From positions 2,448-66,447 of IMG/VR virus record IMGVR_UViG_3300012347_000112: 64,000 nucleotides of DNA; one strand, 5' to 3'. This document shows, piece after piece, positions 1-8,952 of the stretch. Under the pieces are notes generated by a model that searched no databases, had not been told where the DNA came from, and saw only the letters and a program-made list of their open reading frames with translations. A program made the translations under genes and the position numbers. Source of the DNA: a virus. Lineage: Duplodnaviria > Caudoviricetes. Within the stretch, counting starts at the first letter, position 1. Each line of letters begins with the position of its first letter.

Positions 1-320
1 GGCTCTCCGCTTCTGTAGTGTCTGTCACTTAGTTGATCATGTGCTTCGATGTTCCAGCAATAGCTGCACTCGCTAGGCTTTTCATCCTTTAGCATAATCA
101 CACGCTGTTGCTTTTTGTGCTCAGTGTTATGTAATGCGCCGGGATTGAGTTTGATTGCTTCTGGGTCAATCTTATGCAATGGCGGATGGTAGCAACTGTT
201 GTTCAATCCAGTTGGCAGGTGCAGGCTTACCTGCTGCCATTTAGCCAGACAGAGTGCAGGACCTAACTTGGCCTTCATCTCATCTGCTGCACTCATAAAG
301 TCGCTCTTACCTGTTGTCAT
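1..320 (-). CDS. Radical SAM-associated SPASM/twitch-type Fe-S protein, N-terminal part (runs off the left edge; not in the ORF track)
   Basis: Manual translation from ATG at 320: MTTGKSDFMSAADEMKAKLGPALCLAKWQQVSLHLPTGLNNSCYHPPLH...KPSECSYCWNIE. The C...C...CxxC spacing matches the N-terminal SPASM-like domain of phage radical SAM proteins. The CxxxCxxC core would lie outside the window. Confidence 0.7.
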   Translation of the reverse strand, partial: MTTGKSDFMSAADEMKAKLGPALCLAKWQQVSLHLPTGLNNSCYHPPLHKIDPEAIKLNPGALHNTEHKKQQRVIMLKDEKPSECSYCWNIEAHDQLSDRHYRSGE

Positions 321-873
321 ACGAATATTTCTCTAACATGTTTTTAACTAATGCGTAATCAGTTACTATCTCATGGGGTGGAACTGGATATTTGTTCTTT
401 TTATACTGTGTTCGAAGACCAGTAGCAACCATATCTTCGTAGTAAACTACACGAGTTGCAGGTATTGCAAAGTCAAGATTTTGTTCAACAATAAACATCT
501 CTATGTCTTCACTAGTTGAATCCCACGGAAGTAAATCTTTGTAATCATCCCAATTGGGCGAGTGCTTGCTAATGCTTGCTTGTGTTTGCGCCCTAAACAC
601 ACACCAGCTAATATACTGCGCAACTTTGTTGCGTCTGCGCAGGTTGATAATTTCAAAGTTGCGTGTCCAAGCTGTGTTTACTGCTAATAGATTTTTAACC
701 CGGTGTTGAACAATACTGCAATAGGTGTAGCGCTCAGTCTCCTGAGGCAACTCTGTTACTTCGCCTAAATTAATTTTATTAGGTATGGCAGACGAATTAT
801 ACAACATGTCGCAGGTCATGTGACTACCACTACGTGCTGTGCCAACAACTATGGTGCCTTTTATTCCCGACAC
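307..873 (-). CDS. Sulfotransferase-fold protein (Stf0-like)
   Basis: N-terminal VVGTARSGSH resembles the 5'-PSB loop (xxxxRSGT/S); LRRRNKVAQYISW resembles the 3'-PB motif; YYEDM near the C-terminus. Confidence 0.65.
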   Translation of the reverse strand: MSGIKGTIVVGTARSGSHMTCDMLYNSSAIPNKINLGEVTELPQETERYTYCSIVQHRVKNLLAVNTAWTRNFEIINLRRRNKVAQYISWCVFRAQTQASISKHSPNWDDYKDLLPWDSTSEDIEMFIVEQNLDFAIPATRVVYYEDMVATGLRTQYKKNKYPVPPHEIVTDYALVKNMLEKYSYDNR

Positions 874-1757
874 ATGATTCCTCGATTTTTAAACTGACTT
901 TGATAGTGATGCTTAAAGAACCGGCTTTGTTCTGCAGTCATGTCAACAATTGGCAATCCTAATCTTTTTGTTAAGATTTCTTGATACGGAGCCAATTGCG
1001 ATTCGACGTTATCGTCTTTGTGCTTGTCCCACAGTGCTGCAAGTTTTGTAAAATCCTGGACTTCAGTATAGTCCCAATCTGTGAGCATGGTCATGTACGT
1101 GCCGAGTCTTGCGCCGTATATGGCCCACTCACCATTAGCCACATCTCGGCCCACGCTCTGCCAGATGCATAAGTTATCGTAGTTCCGTGATACCACCCTT
1201 GAGGTAAATTCAGTGATATTTGGTCGGGCTCCCCGATCCAGACACATTTTAACACCCTCCCTAAATCCTGCACGCCACGCCTGAAAAGGGCTTCCATCTG
1301 GAAATGTGGTACTGTAGCAATCTGCCATGGCCCAGTATTGTGGATGGAAACAAAATTCAACACAAGTTTCTGCATCGCCTTTACTTGCTTCATGAGTCTC
1401 CATGTTGAGAACAAAATCCTTAGTCCACGAGCTAAGTCCGCCATTACCATACATTAGTCCATTTATATTGTTACGTGCTCGCCATCTAAAAACACAATCA
1501 CGATTATTTGCATCCAGAGACATCTGCTGATTAAAGAAAGCCGCATCAGGGATGTTATCCCCATCAATGAGGATAAATCGATCTGTATCCGACGCATCAG
1601 CAGCAGCTTTGTGTGCCGCGTCAGATCCCAATACGCCATCGACTCTCTTGGCCCAAGGTACCATGTTTTGAATAGTGACCCAGAATTCTTCTTTTTTTGG
1701 CTCGTCATATGTTAAGTAGATACAATCTAAATCTGCTACGTCAACTAACTCTGTCAT
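861..1757 (-). CDS. Glycosyltransferase, GT-A fold
   Basis: IYLTYDEP N-terminal strand, AHKAAA helix, FILIDGDN (DxD motif), NGLMYGNGG. Confidence 0.65.
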   Translation of the reverse strand: MTELVDVADLDCIYLTYDEPKKEEFWVTIQNMVPWAKRVDGVLGSDAAHKAAADASDTDRFILIDGDNIPDAAFFNQQMSLDANNRDCVFRWRARNNINGLMYGNGGLSSWTKDFVLNMETHEASKGDAETCVEFCFHPQYWAMADCYSTTFPDGSPFQAWRAGFREGVKMCLDRGARPNITEFTSRVVSRNYDNLCIWQSVGRDVANGEWAIYGARLGTYMTMLTDWDYTEVQDFTKLAALWDKHKDDNVESQLAPYQEILTKRLGLPIVDMTAEQSRFFKHHYQSQFKNRGIMCRE

Positions 1758-2067
1758 AGTATTCTATTTCCGGATATTCTGTTTCCACCACTAGTGCAGC
1801 GTAACCTTTTACCACTGCCACTCCGTGTGTGCTCTTTTTTAATTGTACGTGAAAGCTTGAGTCTGTGTCAAACTGTAACTTACCGTCAACCACTCGACAA
1901 TTATAATTTGGAAGTTCATATTGCTCTTGGGTGATAACAACATAGTTGCCCGCAGGATGCGAGTGACTACTCATTGAAATGGGCCGTCCTTTTGCATCAT
2001 AATACAAACGGTATTCAAGCGTTAGTGTTGGGAATGTCTTGTATAACTCGTCGCTCATAGTATTCAA
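1741..2067 (-). CDS. Hypothetical protein (start may be ATG 2058)
   Basis: 108-aa ORF overlapping both neighbours in a tightly packed operon. Confidence 0.6.
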   Translation of the reverse strand: MNTMSDELYKTFPTLTLEYRLYYDAKGRPISMSSHSHPAGNYVVITQEQYELPNYNCRVVDGKLQFDTDSSFHVQLKKSTHGVAVVKGYAALVVETEYPEIEYYDRVS

Positions 2068-2914
2068 TTAGTTCGTCTGTAGCATAGTCTTTGGCATGGT
2101 AATGCACTGGATGCAATTGGTTAATGTTATTGATTCGAATCATATCCCCATTGCGTTCTGTAACACAATAGTCTGTCCATGCTTGCTCGTCGCCCCATCC
2201 CTGCATACCTGACTTCATATGCACAAAGTTAATGAAATCTAAACTGGGATTATAACAAGGCGTGTCCATAATTTTTGCAGCTAATGCGTAGACTACATCA
2301 GTGGTAGGATACTCATCTACACAATTTTTAAGCTCTGCACGTACTGCTGGCCAGTTTTCAAATATCTGTCTAGCAAGTTCAAAGAACTGTTTACCCGTTT
2401 CGCTGTAGCGAAAGTACATCAGACCATTATAGGTATCTGGCAAATTATTATCATCAAACAACTGACGGTACTTGCGACTGGTTCCTGGTGTTTGTTGATA
2501 GGTCTTGCAGCCATAACTCAAACATACTTCATGTAGTCTAAATGCGTTCCACCAGTGGTCGATACTGCGAGTAAAAAGCAAATCGCTTTCTAGCTTGATA
2601 GTTTCTTTGTAGGGAGTTAGCCACCACACATGCCACTCGTTGGCAAAAGGACCGTTGCCTTCTACTAGATTAGTGGGAATAATGTGGTCAAATACTTGTC
2701 GGTGTTGTTCAGTAACTTGCTCAAGGGTTGCTTGATCTACAATAACTGCATATTGCTTAACTGATTGTGTTGCTTTAATATTTAGCGCCTGCAGGTACGC
2801 GAGACGTAGGTAGTCTGTGCTGTCTGTGTTAATTGCTAGTGTTACAAACCCTTGTTGGGCAACGTGTCTAGACATTGGTCTACTAGTTCCTTTAGTGCCG
2901 GGCTGGTTAGCCAA
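2015..2914 (-). CDS. Glycosyltransferase-like protein (GT8/mannosyltransferase-like GT-A); start probably ATG ~2875
   Basis: YLRLAYLQALNIK helix, TPYKETIKLESDLLF (ExD variant of DxD), FVHMK; paralogous to the upstream ORF. Confidence 0.6.
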   Translation of the reverse strand: MANQPGTKGTSRPMSRHVAQQGFVTLAINTDSTDYLRLAYLQALNIKATQSVKQYAVIVDQATLEQVTEQHRQVFDHIIPTNLVEGNGPFANEWHVWWLTPYKETIKLESDLLFTRSIDHWWNAFRLHEVCLSYGCKTYQQTPGTSRKYRQLFDDNNLPDTYNGLMYFRYSETGKQFFELARQIFENWPAVRAELKNCVDEYPTTDVVYALAAKIMDTPCYNPSLDFINFVHMKSGMQGWGDEQAWTDYCVTERNGDMIRINNINQLHPVHYHAKDYATDELIEYYERRVIQDIPNTNA

Positions 2915-3648
2915 GCTTTTGAGATGATATGTAAGTTCTGACGCGGTAGCACAAAACCTTTATCGGATGTCTTGACAACAACGTTCTTGGATACTTGGAT
3001 GTCCGATATGGTTCCGGTGACTGTGAGAATATGAGCTGGAGCAAAACTCTCTGGTGCCAGTGAATTTCCGTTGAGTATGTAATGCGCGATCGCAAAGGCA
3101 TAATCATTGCGAAAATTACCTTCTCGTATGTTGTAAAGTAACCGGTAGTAATCGTAGTTCCTTTTAACCATCCCCACCAGTTCAAAAAATAATCTTGCAC
3201 GTTCGGTTTTCCTAAATGCGAATGCAGTGGCCCATACATAAGGCAAACTGTGTGGGCCCATTACACTAGGCTGCTGCGGTATATTTACATACCTGTTTTT
3301 GTCAAAAAGCAAGTAATCGAAGTTGCTGCCAAACAACCGAAGGAGACTATCATCAAATACAAGATAGTCGGCATCGAGGACGATAGTTTCATCATAAGGG
3401 CTTGCTGCGTAGGCTTCATGTCTTCCAAAGTTTTTCCATTCTACAAATGTACCAGAATCGGTACTAAATCGTCGGTTACTGCCTGTGTCTTTTGCACTTA
3501 CAATGGTAGTAGGCAATCCCATGCAGTGCTTGATTAGTCTAGCGTTTTGTTCTGCAATACCTACATAATCTGTTTCAGCAGTGTTGGTTGCAAAGATTAC
3601 AACGCCTTTAGACTTTTCGGATTTTACGGAGCTCTGCGTATTGTTCAT
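2842..3648 (-). CDS. Glycosyltransferase-like protein (GT8/mannosyltransferase-like GT-A)
   Basis: GVVIFA, SPYDETIVLDADYL (DxD motif), FRNDYAFAIA. Confidence 0.65.
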   Translation of the reverse strand: MNNTQSSVKSEKSKGVVIFATNTAETDYVGIAEQNARLIKHCMGLPTTIVSAKDTGSNRRFSTDSGTFVEWKNFGRHEAYAASPYDETIVLDADYLVFDDSLLRLFGSNFDYLLFDKNRYVNIPQQPSVMGPHSLPYVWATAFAFRKTERARLFFELVGMVKRNYDYYRLLYNIREGNFRNDYAFAIAHYILNGNSLAPESFAPAHILTVTGTISDIQVSKNVVVKTSDKGFVLPRQNLHIISKAWLTSPALKELVDQCLDTLPNKGL

Positions 3649-3922
3649 GCCACTCGTTCATTACACGATAGTAGTGCTGTTGTGCTGTTACCAAAAATAC
3701 CTGCCGATCAATTTCGATTGGGTTTTGATATACATCCTCGATGTACAATAAGTCCAATGGCCAGCTCTGCACAAATGCCAGTAACTCGGGCGTGATCTTA
3801 AACATTCCACCATTGTGTGTCATGTGCAGATCTGTTTGGATCTTTTCTCGCAGTATTTGCTTATTGGTTTGAAAATCTGTAGCCAAACGAACTTGTTCAA
3901 CTATTTTAGGTAAATCGCTCAT
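3608..3922 (-). CDS. Hypothetical protein (ORF track start 3928; ATG 3922 preferred)
   Basis: First gene after a terminator. An extended -10 element places +1 at 3922. Confidence 0.65.
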   Translation of the reverse strand: MSDLPKIVEQVRLATDFQTNKQILREKIQTDLHMTHNGGMFKITPELLAFVQSWPLDLLYIEDVYQNPIEIDRQVFLVTAQQHYYRVMNEWHEQYAELRKIRKV

Positions 3923-3928
3923 GTGCAT

Positions 3929-3937
3929 AGTATAGCA
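3929..3937 (-). promoter_or_regulatory. Sigma70-type extended -10 promoter (TGcTATACT)
   Basis: Minus strand reads ttaTGcTATACTatgcacATG; the -10 hexamer ends 7 nt before ATG 3922. Confidence 0.5.
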
Positions 3938-3949
3938 TAAACGACCTTA

Positions 3950-3972
3950 AAGAAAAAGCCCCTTTCGGGGCT
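3950..3972 (-). terminator. Rho-independent terminator
   Basis: Minus strand AGCCCC-GAAA-GGGGCT followed by TTTTCTTT, just after the stop of 3984..4970. Confidence 0.85.
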
Positions 3973-3983
3973 AGCTTGTCCAA

Positions 3984-4970
3984 TTAGGCAATAGTTACAG
4001 TGCCCCAACTGTTGGTTAAGTTGGTTGTTTCTGGAGGTCTAACTGTGATGTTAGTAACGATACTCAAGTTTAACTGGTCGTTAAAGTTACCCTGTGTTGG
4101 GGGTGTACCTGCTGGAGTATATGCCGGGATGCCTGCTGGCGCAGTGTTTGTGTCTGCTGCTGCATCAGTCAGTGTAATAGTGAAAGTAAAGATCGTTCCA
4201 ACGTCACCGTTTGATCCTTGAACTCCGTTTGTCTTGATACCAATTGCAACACTGTTAGAGCTGTAGTCTGCTGTGCCAGATGCTGAAGTTAGGGTAATGA
4301 TACTTTGGTTAGAAGTTGTGCAACCCCAGTAGCCCAAGTTGATGTTAGAAGCAGATACTGTGCCGCCTGTGCCGGTTCTGCTATTAGATGCACCATTAAC
4401 GACCATGCTAGCCAATTTGGTATTTAACAACGATACCCAGTCAGCGCCTTTGCTGTTGCCCAGTGTGTTTGTTGCAGAAAATGTTAGTACTAGCTTACCA
4501 CCTGCGTTAAAGAAATAACGTGCCTGGTCTGCGCTTGCAAATGTTGCAGTTCTAGTAATAGTCTGTGTAGTTGGAGTTGATGTATTCCAAACCGTTGCCG
4601 CTGGGGCTGTGCCTGTAATGTCTGTACCATTGGTTGCAGTCAATGCTCGGTTTGTGTAGGCTGTGCTTACGCTAGAACTAAAAGTGCTCAAGTATGTAAT
4701 TAGAGAACCTGCTGTAGGTGCTCCGATGCCTGTGCCAGACCCACTTTGGTGTGTTGCAATTGCGTTTAATGTATTAACTGCTGTCGCCCACTGTGTTGCG
4801 GTAACTGTACCGCCAACACTAACTTGAGATAAAGGCGACTGCCCATACCCAGCGTTGCCATTGCCAACTGCCCAGATAGTGTTAATTTGATTTGTAGTAC
4901 TGCTTGGACTTGATCCAACAAAACCATTATAGTCTGTTGCTTGAATCAAGCCACCTGATGAATATGACAT
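3984..4970 (-). CDS. Virion structural protein (Thr/Ser/Gly-rich, fibre-associated)
   Basis: MSYSSGGLIQATDYNGFV start and TFASADQARYFFNAGG; last gene of the fibre operon. Confidence 0.55.
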   Translation of the reverse strand: MSYSSGGLIQATDYNGFVGSSPSSTTNQINTIWAVGNGNAGYGQSPLSQVSVGGTVTATQWATAVNTLNAIATHQSGSGTGIGAPTAGSLITYLSTFSSSVSTAYTNRALTATNGTDITGTAPAATVWNTSTPTTQTITRTATFASADQARYFFNAGGKLVLTFSATNTLGNSKGADWVSLLNTKLASMVVNGASNSRTGTGGTVSASNINLGYWGCTTSNQSIITLTSASGTADYSSNSVAIGIKTNGVQGSNGDVGTIFTFTITLTDAAADTNTAPAGIPAYTPAGTPPTQGNFNDQLNLSIVTNITVRPPETTNLTNSWGTVTIA

Positions 4971-4985
4971 ATTTTATATTTCCTG

Positions 4986-6518
4986 TTACGAATTTAGTTT
5001 TACCGTAGCTTCAATTATACCCTCGCCCGGGGTGGATTTGCTAGTCAAAGCTCGCCCAATTACGTTCCACGGTGAAATTTCATTTCGGGCTCCTGCTCTA
5101 GCTAGTCCATTTCCGGCACTAACTAAACGATCGCCTTTTCGAATTGTTCCTATTACCCGAACCGGTACGCGACCGCTAACTGCAACAGGTGGATGTGTAG
5201 CATCTGTGCCTGCGCCCGAGTTCATTAAATACGCTGCATTTGTACTTATGACGCCTAGAATGTTTTCGCTTAATTCTTGTGCCACTGCTGTAATTTCTTT
5301 GGCTCCGCCAAGTTCAACCACTGTACCAGCAGCAATTGGACGATCGGCTTCGAAGCGTTCTGCAACGTCAGCGTATCGTGCATGAATTGCAGTACCATAA
5401 ATGTTATCCCACCATTTTTCTGGCGAACCTAAATTAAAGCCTGTGCCTGTAACTGCTGCGTTTGCTGTCGGCACTAGGTTAGCATTAAACGTAGTATTGC
5501 CACCAGACCCACCAAGGCCAAGGTTTACAATAGCGTCATCAACATACTTTTTGTTAGCAATATTATGGTCTGACGCTGTGGCAAACACTGTTGCTGCGCC
5601 GTTGCTGGTATGTGCATAGACTCGTGGCCCACTTGCGCCAATAGTGAATAGTTTTGTTTGGTTACCGCTTATGTTTGCATAAAACGCCAAGTCATTATTG
5701 TTGATAACGCTTGATACTTTTGCCATACCGGTTGTTGCTGTTAGAGTCAAATCTCTTGCAGCGCCAACAACCAATCCATTATCATTTAAAATAGTCTGTG
5801 CTGTAGTAAACGGGCTTGTTCCGTTTAGTGTTACATAAGAAGCAGCTGGTGTGCCTCCAAGGTTTTCTGCGTTGTTTGCATTACCCCAATAACGGAAATC
5901 GGTGTCGGATTCTTCTACTGGCACCGGTAAGTTAAAGCCGGGCTTGATACCATCAAATCCTGCGATAGAAGGAATAGGATCAAATTGAGTTTCGCTTAAA
6001 ATTGCAATCAAGCTGTTGTCAATTAAGAATTTAACAATAACGTGTTGTGTTGCACCATCCGACAATACATCTGCAATAGCACCAGACTGTCCGGTGGTTG
6101 TAGTAAATGCTGGCCCAACCGTTGTCCAGTCAGTTCCGTTGTAAACTTTCAATTGAGCGTTTGTAGTGTCCCACCACATGTCGCCGGTAGCGGCTGATCC
6201 CGGATTTCTAACATCAGGTGCAATTGAGTCACTTGTGCCACCACAGATACGTTTCCATACTGCTGAGCCCATGTAGACTTTAAGTACTTTATTTGTGCCA
6301 TTGGCTTTGTCCCACCATAGCTGCCCTTCTTGAGGATTTGCTGGCTCAGATGAACTTGCAAAGTTTTCTAGCAGTTGTACAAAGTTTTCGTTTAAGAATT
6401 GTCCGTATCCAGGGAAATTTTTACCGACTAATGTCAGACTAGTAGTAGTTGAATCTGAGGTACCCGGTGCAACGTTTGCTAATGGGGTTCCGTCTGAATT
6501 GTTAATCGTATATGACAT
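4986..6518 (-). CDS. Baseplate/tail fibre protein with C-terminal peptidase G2-like intramolecular chaperone
   Basis: Shared N-terminal module LTLVGKNFPGYGQFLNENFVQLLENFA and WWD repeats. C-terminal YADVAERF...GVISTNAAYLMN...GRVPVRVIG.IRKGDRLV. Confidence 0.7.
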   Translation of the reverse strand: MSYTINNSDGTPLANVAPGTSDSTTTSLTLVGKNFPGYGQFLNENFVQLLENFASSSEPANPQEGQLWWDKANGTNKVLKVYMGSAVWKRICGGTSDSIAPDVRNPGSAATGDMWWDTTNAQLKVYNGTDWTTVGPAFTTTTGQSGAIADVLSDGATQHVIVKFLIDNSLIAILSETQFDPIPSIAGFDGIKPGFNLPVPVEESDTDFRYWGNANNAENLGGTPAASYVTLNGTSPFTTAQTILNDNGLVVGAARDLTLTATTGMAKVSSVINNNDLAFYANISGNQTKLFTIGASGPRVYAHTSNGAATVFATASDHNIANKKYVDDAIVNLGLGGSGGNTTFNANLVPTANAAVTGTGFNLGSPEKWWDNIYGTAIHARYADVAERFEADRPIAAGTVVELGGAKEITAVAQELSENILGVISTNAAYLMNSGAGTDATHPPVAVSGRVPVRVIGTIRKGDRLVSAGNGLARAGARNEISPWNVIGRALTSKSTPGEGIIEATVKLNS

Positions 6519-6558
6519 TTAGCCTATGCTCCAATTTATTGTTTATTTATCTGCTTTT

Positions 6559-7692
6559 TTATAGGTATTGGAACCAAAAATCGCCGTCAACGCCCTGGCC
6601 CGAATTAGGGGTACTTGTGCTAATAAATCTATGGCTACCTTGCCACAGTGCGCTAGCTGCAACTTCACCTTGCACAAATGCTGTGGTTGCAATCTTAGTG
6701 CTGTTATCGCCGGTTGTAGGAGTTACTGATCTAGGAGTACCAGTTAGTGTAGGGCTGTTAATCGGGGCCTTGTCATTCAATCCATTTGACAGGTTAGTGC
6801 TTAATGCAGAAATATTAGCAGCGATGTTGGTGTCCACATACAAGCGTCTAATATCGTCTTGTGCCATCACATACGCAGTGGTTGCTAGCTGTGTGGTTCT
6901 AACTCCTGCGTTTGCAGTTGGCGCAACCGGAGTTCCAGTTAGTGCTGCATCAGCTGCATCGGCCTTTAAACCTAGGTCGTCGCTTACTGTGCTGGTTAAA
7001 CTTGCAATATTTGCAAGTATCGAAGTGTCAACATACAGTCTGCGGGTATCGTCTTGCGTCATTACATAAGCAGTTGTTGCAATAGTAGTTGAGCGATCGC
7101 CGGCGCTGGCTGTTACTGAACGAGGGTTGCCAGTAAGCACAGGACTTGCAATATTAGCTCTTAGTCCAATTTCAGTATTCTGTGTTGCTGCATTAGCCCA
7201 CAGGCTGGTAATTTCAGTATTCTGTGTTGCTGCATTGGCCCACAAGCTGGTAATTTCAGTATTCTGTGTTGCTGCATTTGCCCAAAGATTATTGATATGA
7301 GTTTGCTGACTTGCAGCATTTGATGTTTGTGCAGCGGCATTTGAAATAATAGCCGAGTTCAAAGTGCTGACATTTGCTGCAATTTTTGCTTCTATAGCTG
7401 CAACGTTTGCTGCCAATTGCGCAGTGCTAGCAATACCTGTAAACTGAGCACCGTTGTATACGTTAATTAGCCCTGTTGCAGAATTGTACCACAGTTGCCC
7501 AGTAATAGGGTTAGTGGGACTGGTTGTTCCAGCAAAGTTTTCTAATAGATAGACTTGGTTCTCGTTTAAGAATTGTCCGTATCCAGGAAAGTTCCTACCT
7601 GCTAACGTCAGTGATGTAGAGGTGTTGTCACGCTCGCCATCTGGGATAGTGTTTAGTAGGGTAGAATTGTAGCGATTAATAGTGTATGACAT
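6559..7692 (-). CDS. Baseplate/tail fibre protein (paralog)
   Basis: Same N-terminal module, a coiled-coil, three LTGxP...IATTA(Y/F)V fibre repeats, and C-terminal DGDFWFQY. Confidence 0.7.
   Translation of the reverse strand: MSYTINRYNSTLLNTIPDGERDNTSTSLTLAGRNFPGYGQFLNENQVYLLENFAGTTSPTNPITGQLWYNSATGLINVYNGAQFTGIASTAQLAANVAAIEAKIAANVSTLNSAIISNAAAQTSNAASQQTHINNLWANAATQNTEITSLWANAATQNTEITSLWANAATQNTEIGLRANIASPVLTGNPRSVTASAGDRSTTIATTAYVMTQDDTRRLYVDTSILANIASLTSTVSDDLGLKADAADAALTGTPVAPTANAGVRTTQLATTAYVMAQDDIRRLYVDTNIAANISALSTNLSNGLNDKAPINSPTLTGTPRSVTPTTGDNSTKIATTAFVQGEVAASALWQGSHRFISTSTPNSGQGVDGDFWFQYL
7168..7287. repeat. 42-nt coding tandem repeat, ~2.8 copies (SLWANAATQNTEIT)
   Basis: AATTTCAGTATTCTGTGTTGCTGCATT starts at 7168, 7210 and 7252. 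Confidence 0.9.
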
Positions 7693-7743
7693 AGGGTAAG
7701 CTCTTTTATATATTTACTCAATATATATACTTATCCCAAATGC

Positions 7744-8952
7744 CTATAGTTTTGTAACCTGCACAAAAAACTTGTTATTTTCTGTAGTAAGCTCTATTCT
7801 ACGCTTAACTACCGGGGTGTCAACGTAAACAAATTGGTATGTACTAAACAATTTACGAAGTATCCTAGGTGCCACATACATGCTAACCGCAGATCCAGTA
7901 CAAGCACGACTGCCGCCGCCAAAGGGAATATAACTGCCTTTTTTAATCGACGACATGCCGCGTTCGAATCGCTCAGGGGTAAACAAGTCTGCATCTTCCC
8001 AATTTTCAGGGCTTCGATGTGTTTGGCTCACCCCAACGATTACTGTAGGATCTTTCTTGCCAAAGTGGAACGGGCACTTGCGAACTGGCTCATAGGTTAA
8101 CATGTGAAATGGTGGGTATAACCGTAAAGTTTCAATGTATGCATGTCTGCTGTAGGTTTCACTGTTGCGTAGCTTAGAGTGTACCGCAGGAGTTGATCCA
8201 ACTGTATACACACTCCACATTAGGGAAATTGCCAGAGTGTTTGCCCCAATAAAAGCTGCGCGAATTTCCCCTAGTACTTCAGCGTGAGTTAGCTCACCCG
8301 TTGCTTCGTGCTGCTTCAACGACTCAAGAAGGCCACCAGCTGCTGGTGTTGCAGTGTGGTAAACAAATTCAGCAAGTTCTGCAAATTGTTGATTTTTTCT
8401 GTGCAGGCGTGGGCTTAACATGTTTTTTAACCAGGACGGCAGAGGAAAGTAGTTGAGTATAAATATCTTTTCAAACGATTCCTGGGTTAGGCTTTTGTTT
8501 ATACTTCGAGTCTCAATTCCCGTTGCAAGTTCTGAATCGGGCACTACGCCCAAATAATGTTCTACAAATGCTTGGTGCAAACTTTGTTTGATACAATCTA
8601 GAATATCAAACTTTCCGCTAGCACTGTTAATGTCAGCCGACAGTTGTGTCCATGTTGTATCTGCAATGCGTTCGTACACGCTATTGTTTAGATGCTTGGT
8701 AGTTATAGCACGTTTAATTGCTGCTCGGTCATCGGGCTGACTCACAGCCGCACCAACTGCACCATCGTGCTCAACCATTCGGCAACTAAGCGATGACCTG
8801 GTATAAGAAGGATTGTTGTACAGGGCCGCAATAGTAACAGGGTCCGAAGTTAATTTAAACTTGGACCCTAACCCTGTTGATTCGACTGTTTGATTTTTAA
8901 ACTTAGGCAGATTTGCTAATAGCTGCTTGAATCGATTTGCGTAAAATGCCAT
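7744..8952 (-). CDS. Cytochrome P450
   Basis: Heme motif PFGGGSRACTG (FxxGxRxCxG), K-helix ETLR (ExxR) followed by LYPP, FTPERF meander, I-helix-like AFIGANTL. Confidence 0.93.
   Translation of the reverse strand: MAFYANRFKQLLANLPKFKNQTVESTGLGSKFKLTSDPVTIAALYNNPSYTRSSLSCRMVEHDGAVGAAVSQPDDRAAIKRAITTKHLNNSVYERIADTTWTQLSADINSASGKFDILDCIKQSLHQAFVEHYLGVVPDSELATGIETRSINKSLTQESFEKIFILNYFPLPSWLKNMLSPRLHRKNQQFAELAEFVYHTATPAAGGLLESLKQHEATGELTHAEVLGEIRAAFIGANTLAISLMWSVYTVGSTPAVHSKLRNSETYSRHAYIETLRLYPPFHMLTYEPVRKCPFHFGKKDPTVIVGVSQTHRSPENWEDADLFTPERFERGMSSIKKGSYIPFGGGSRACTGSAVSMYVAPRILRKLFSTYQFVYVDTPVVKRRIELTTENNKFFVQVTKL

Noticed and set aside
7168-7287. CRISPR-like direct repeats
   Set aside because: Units are contiguous with no unique spacers, are in frame, and lie inside a fibre gene.
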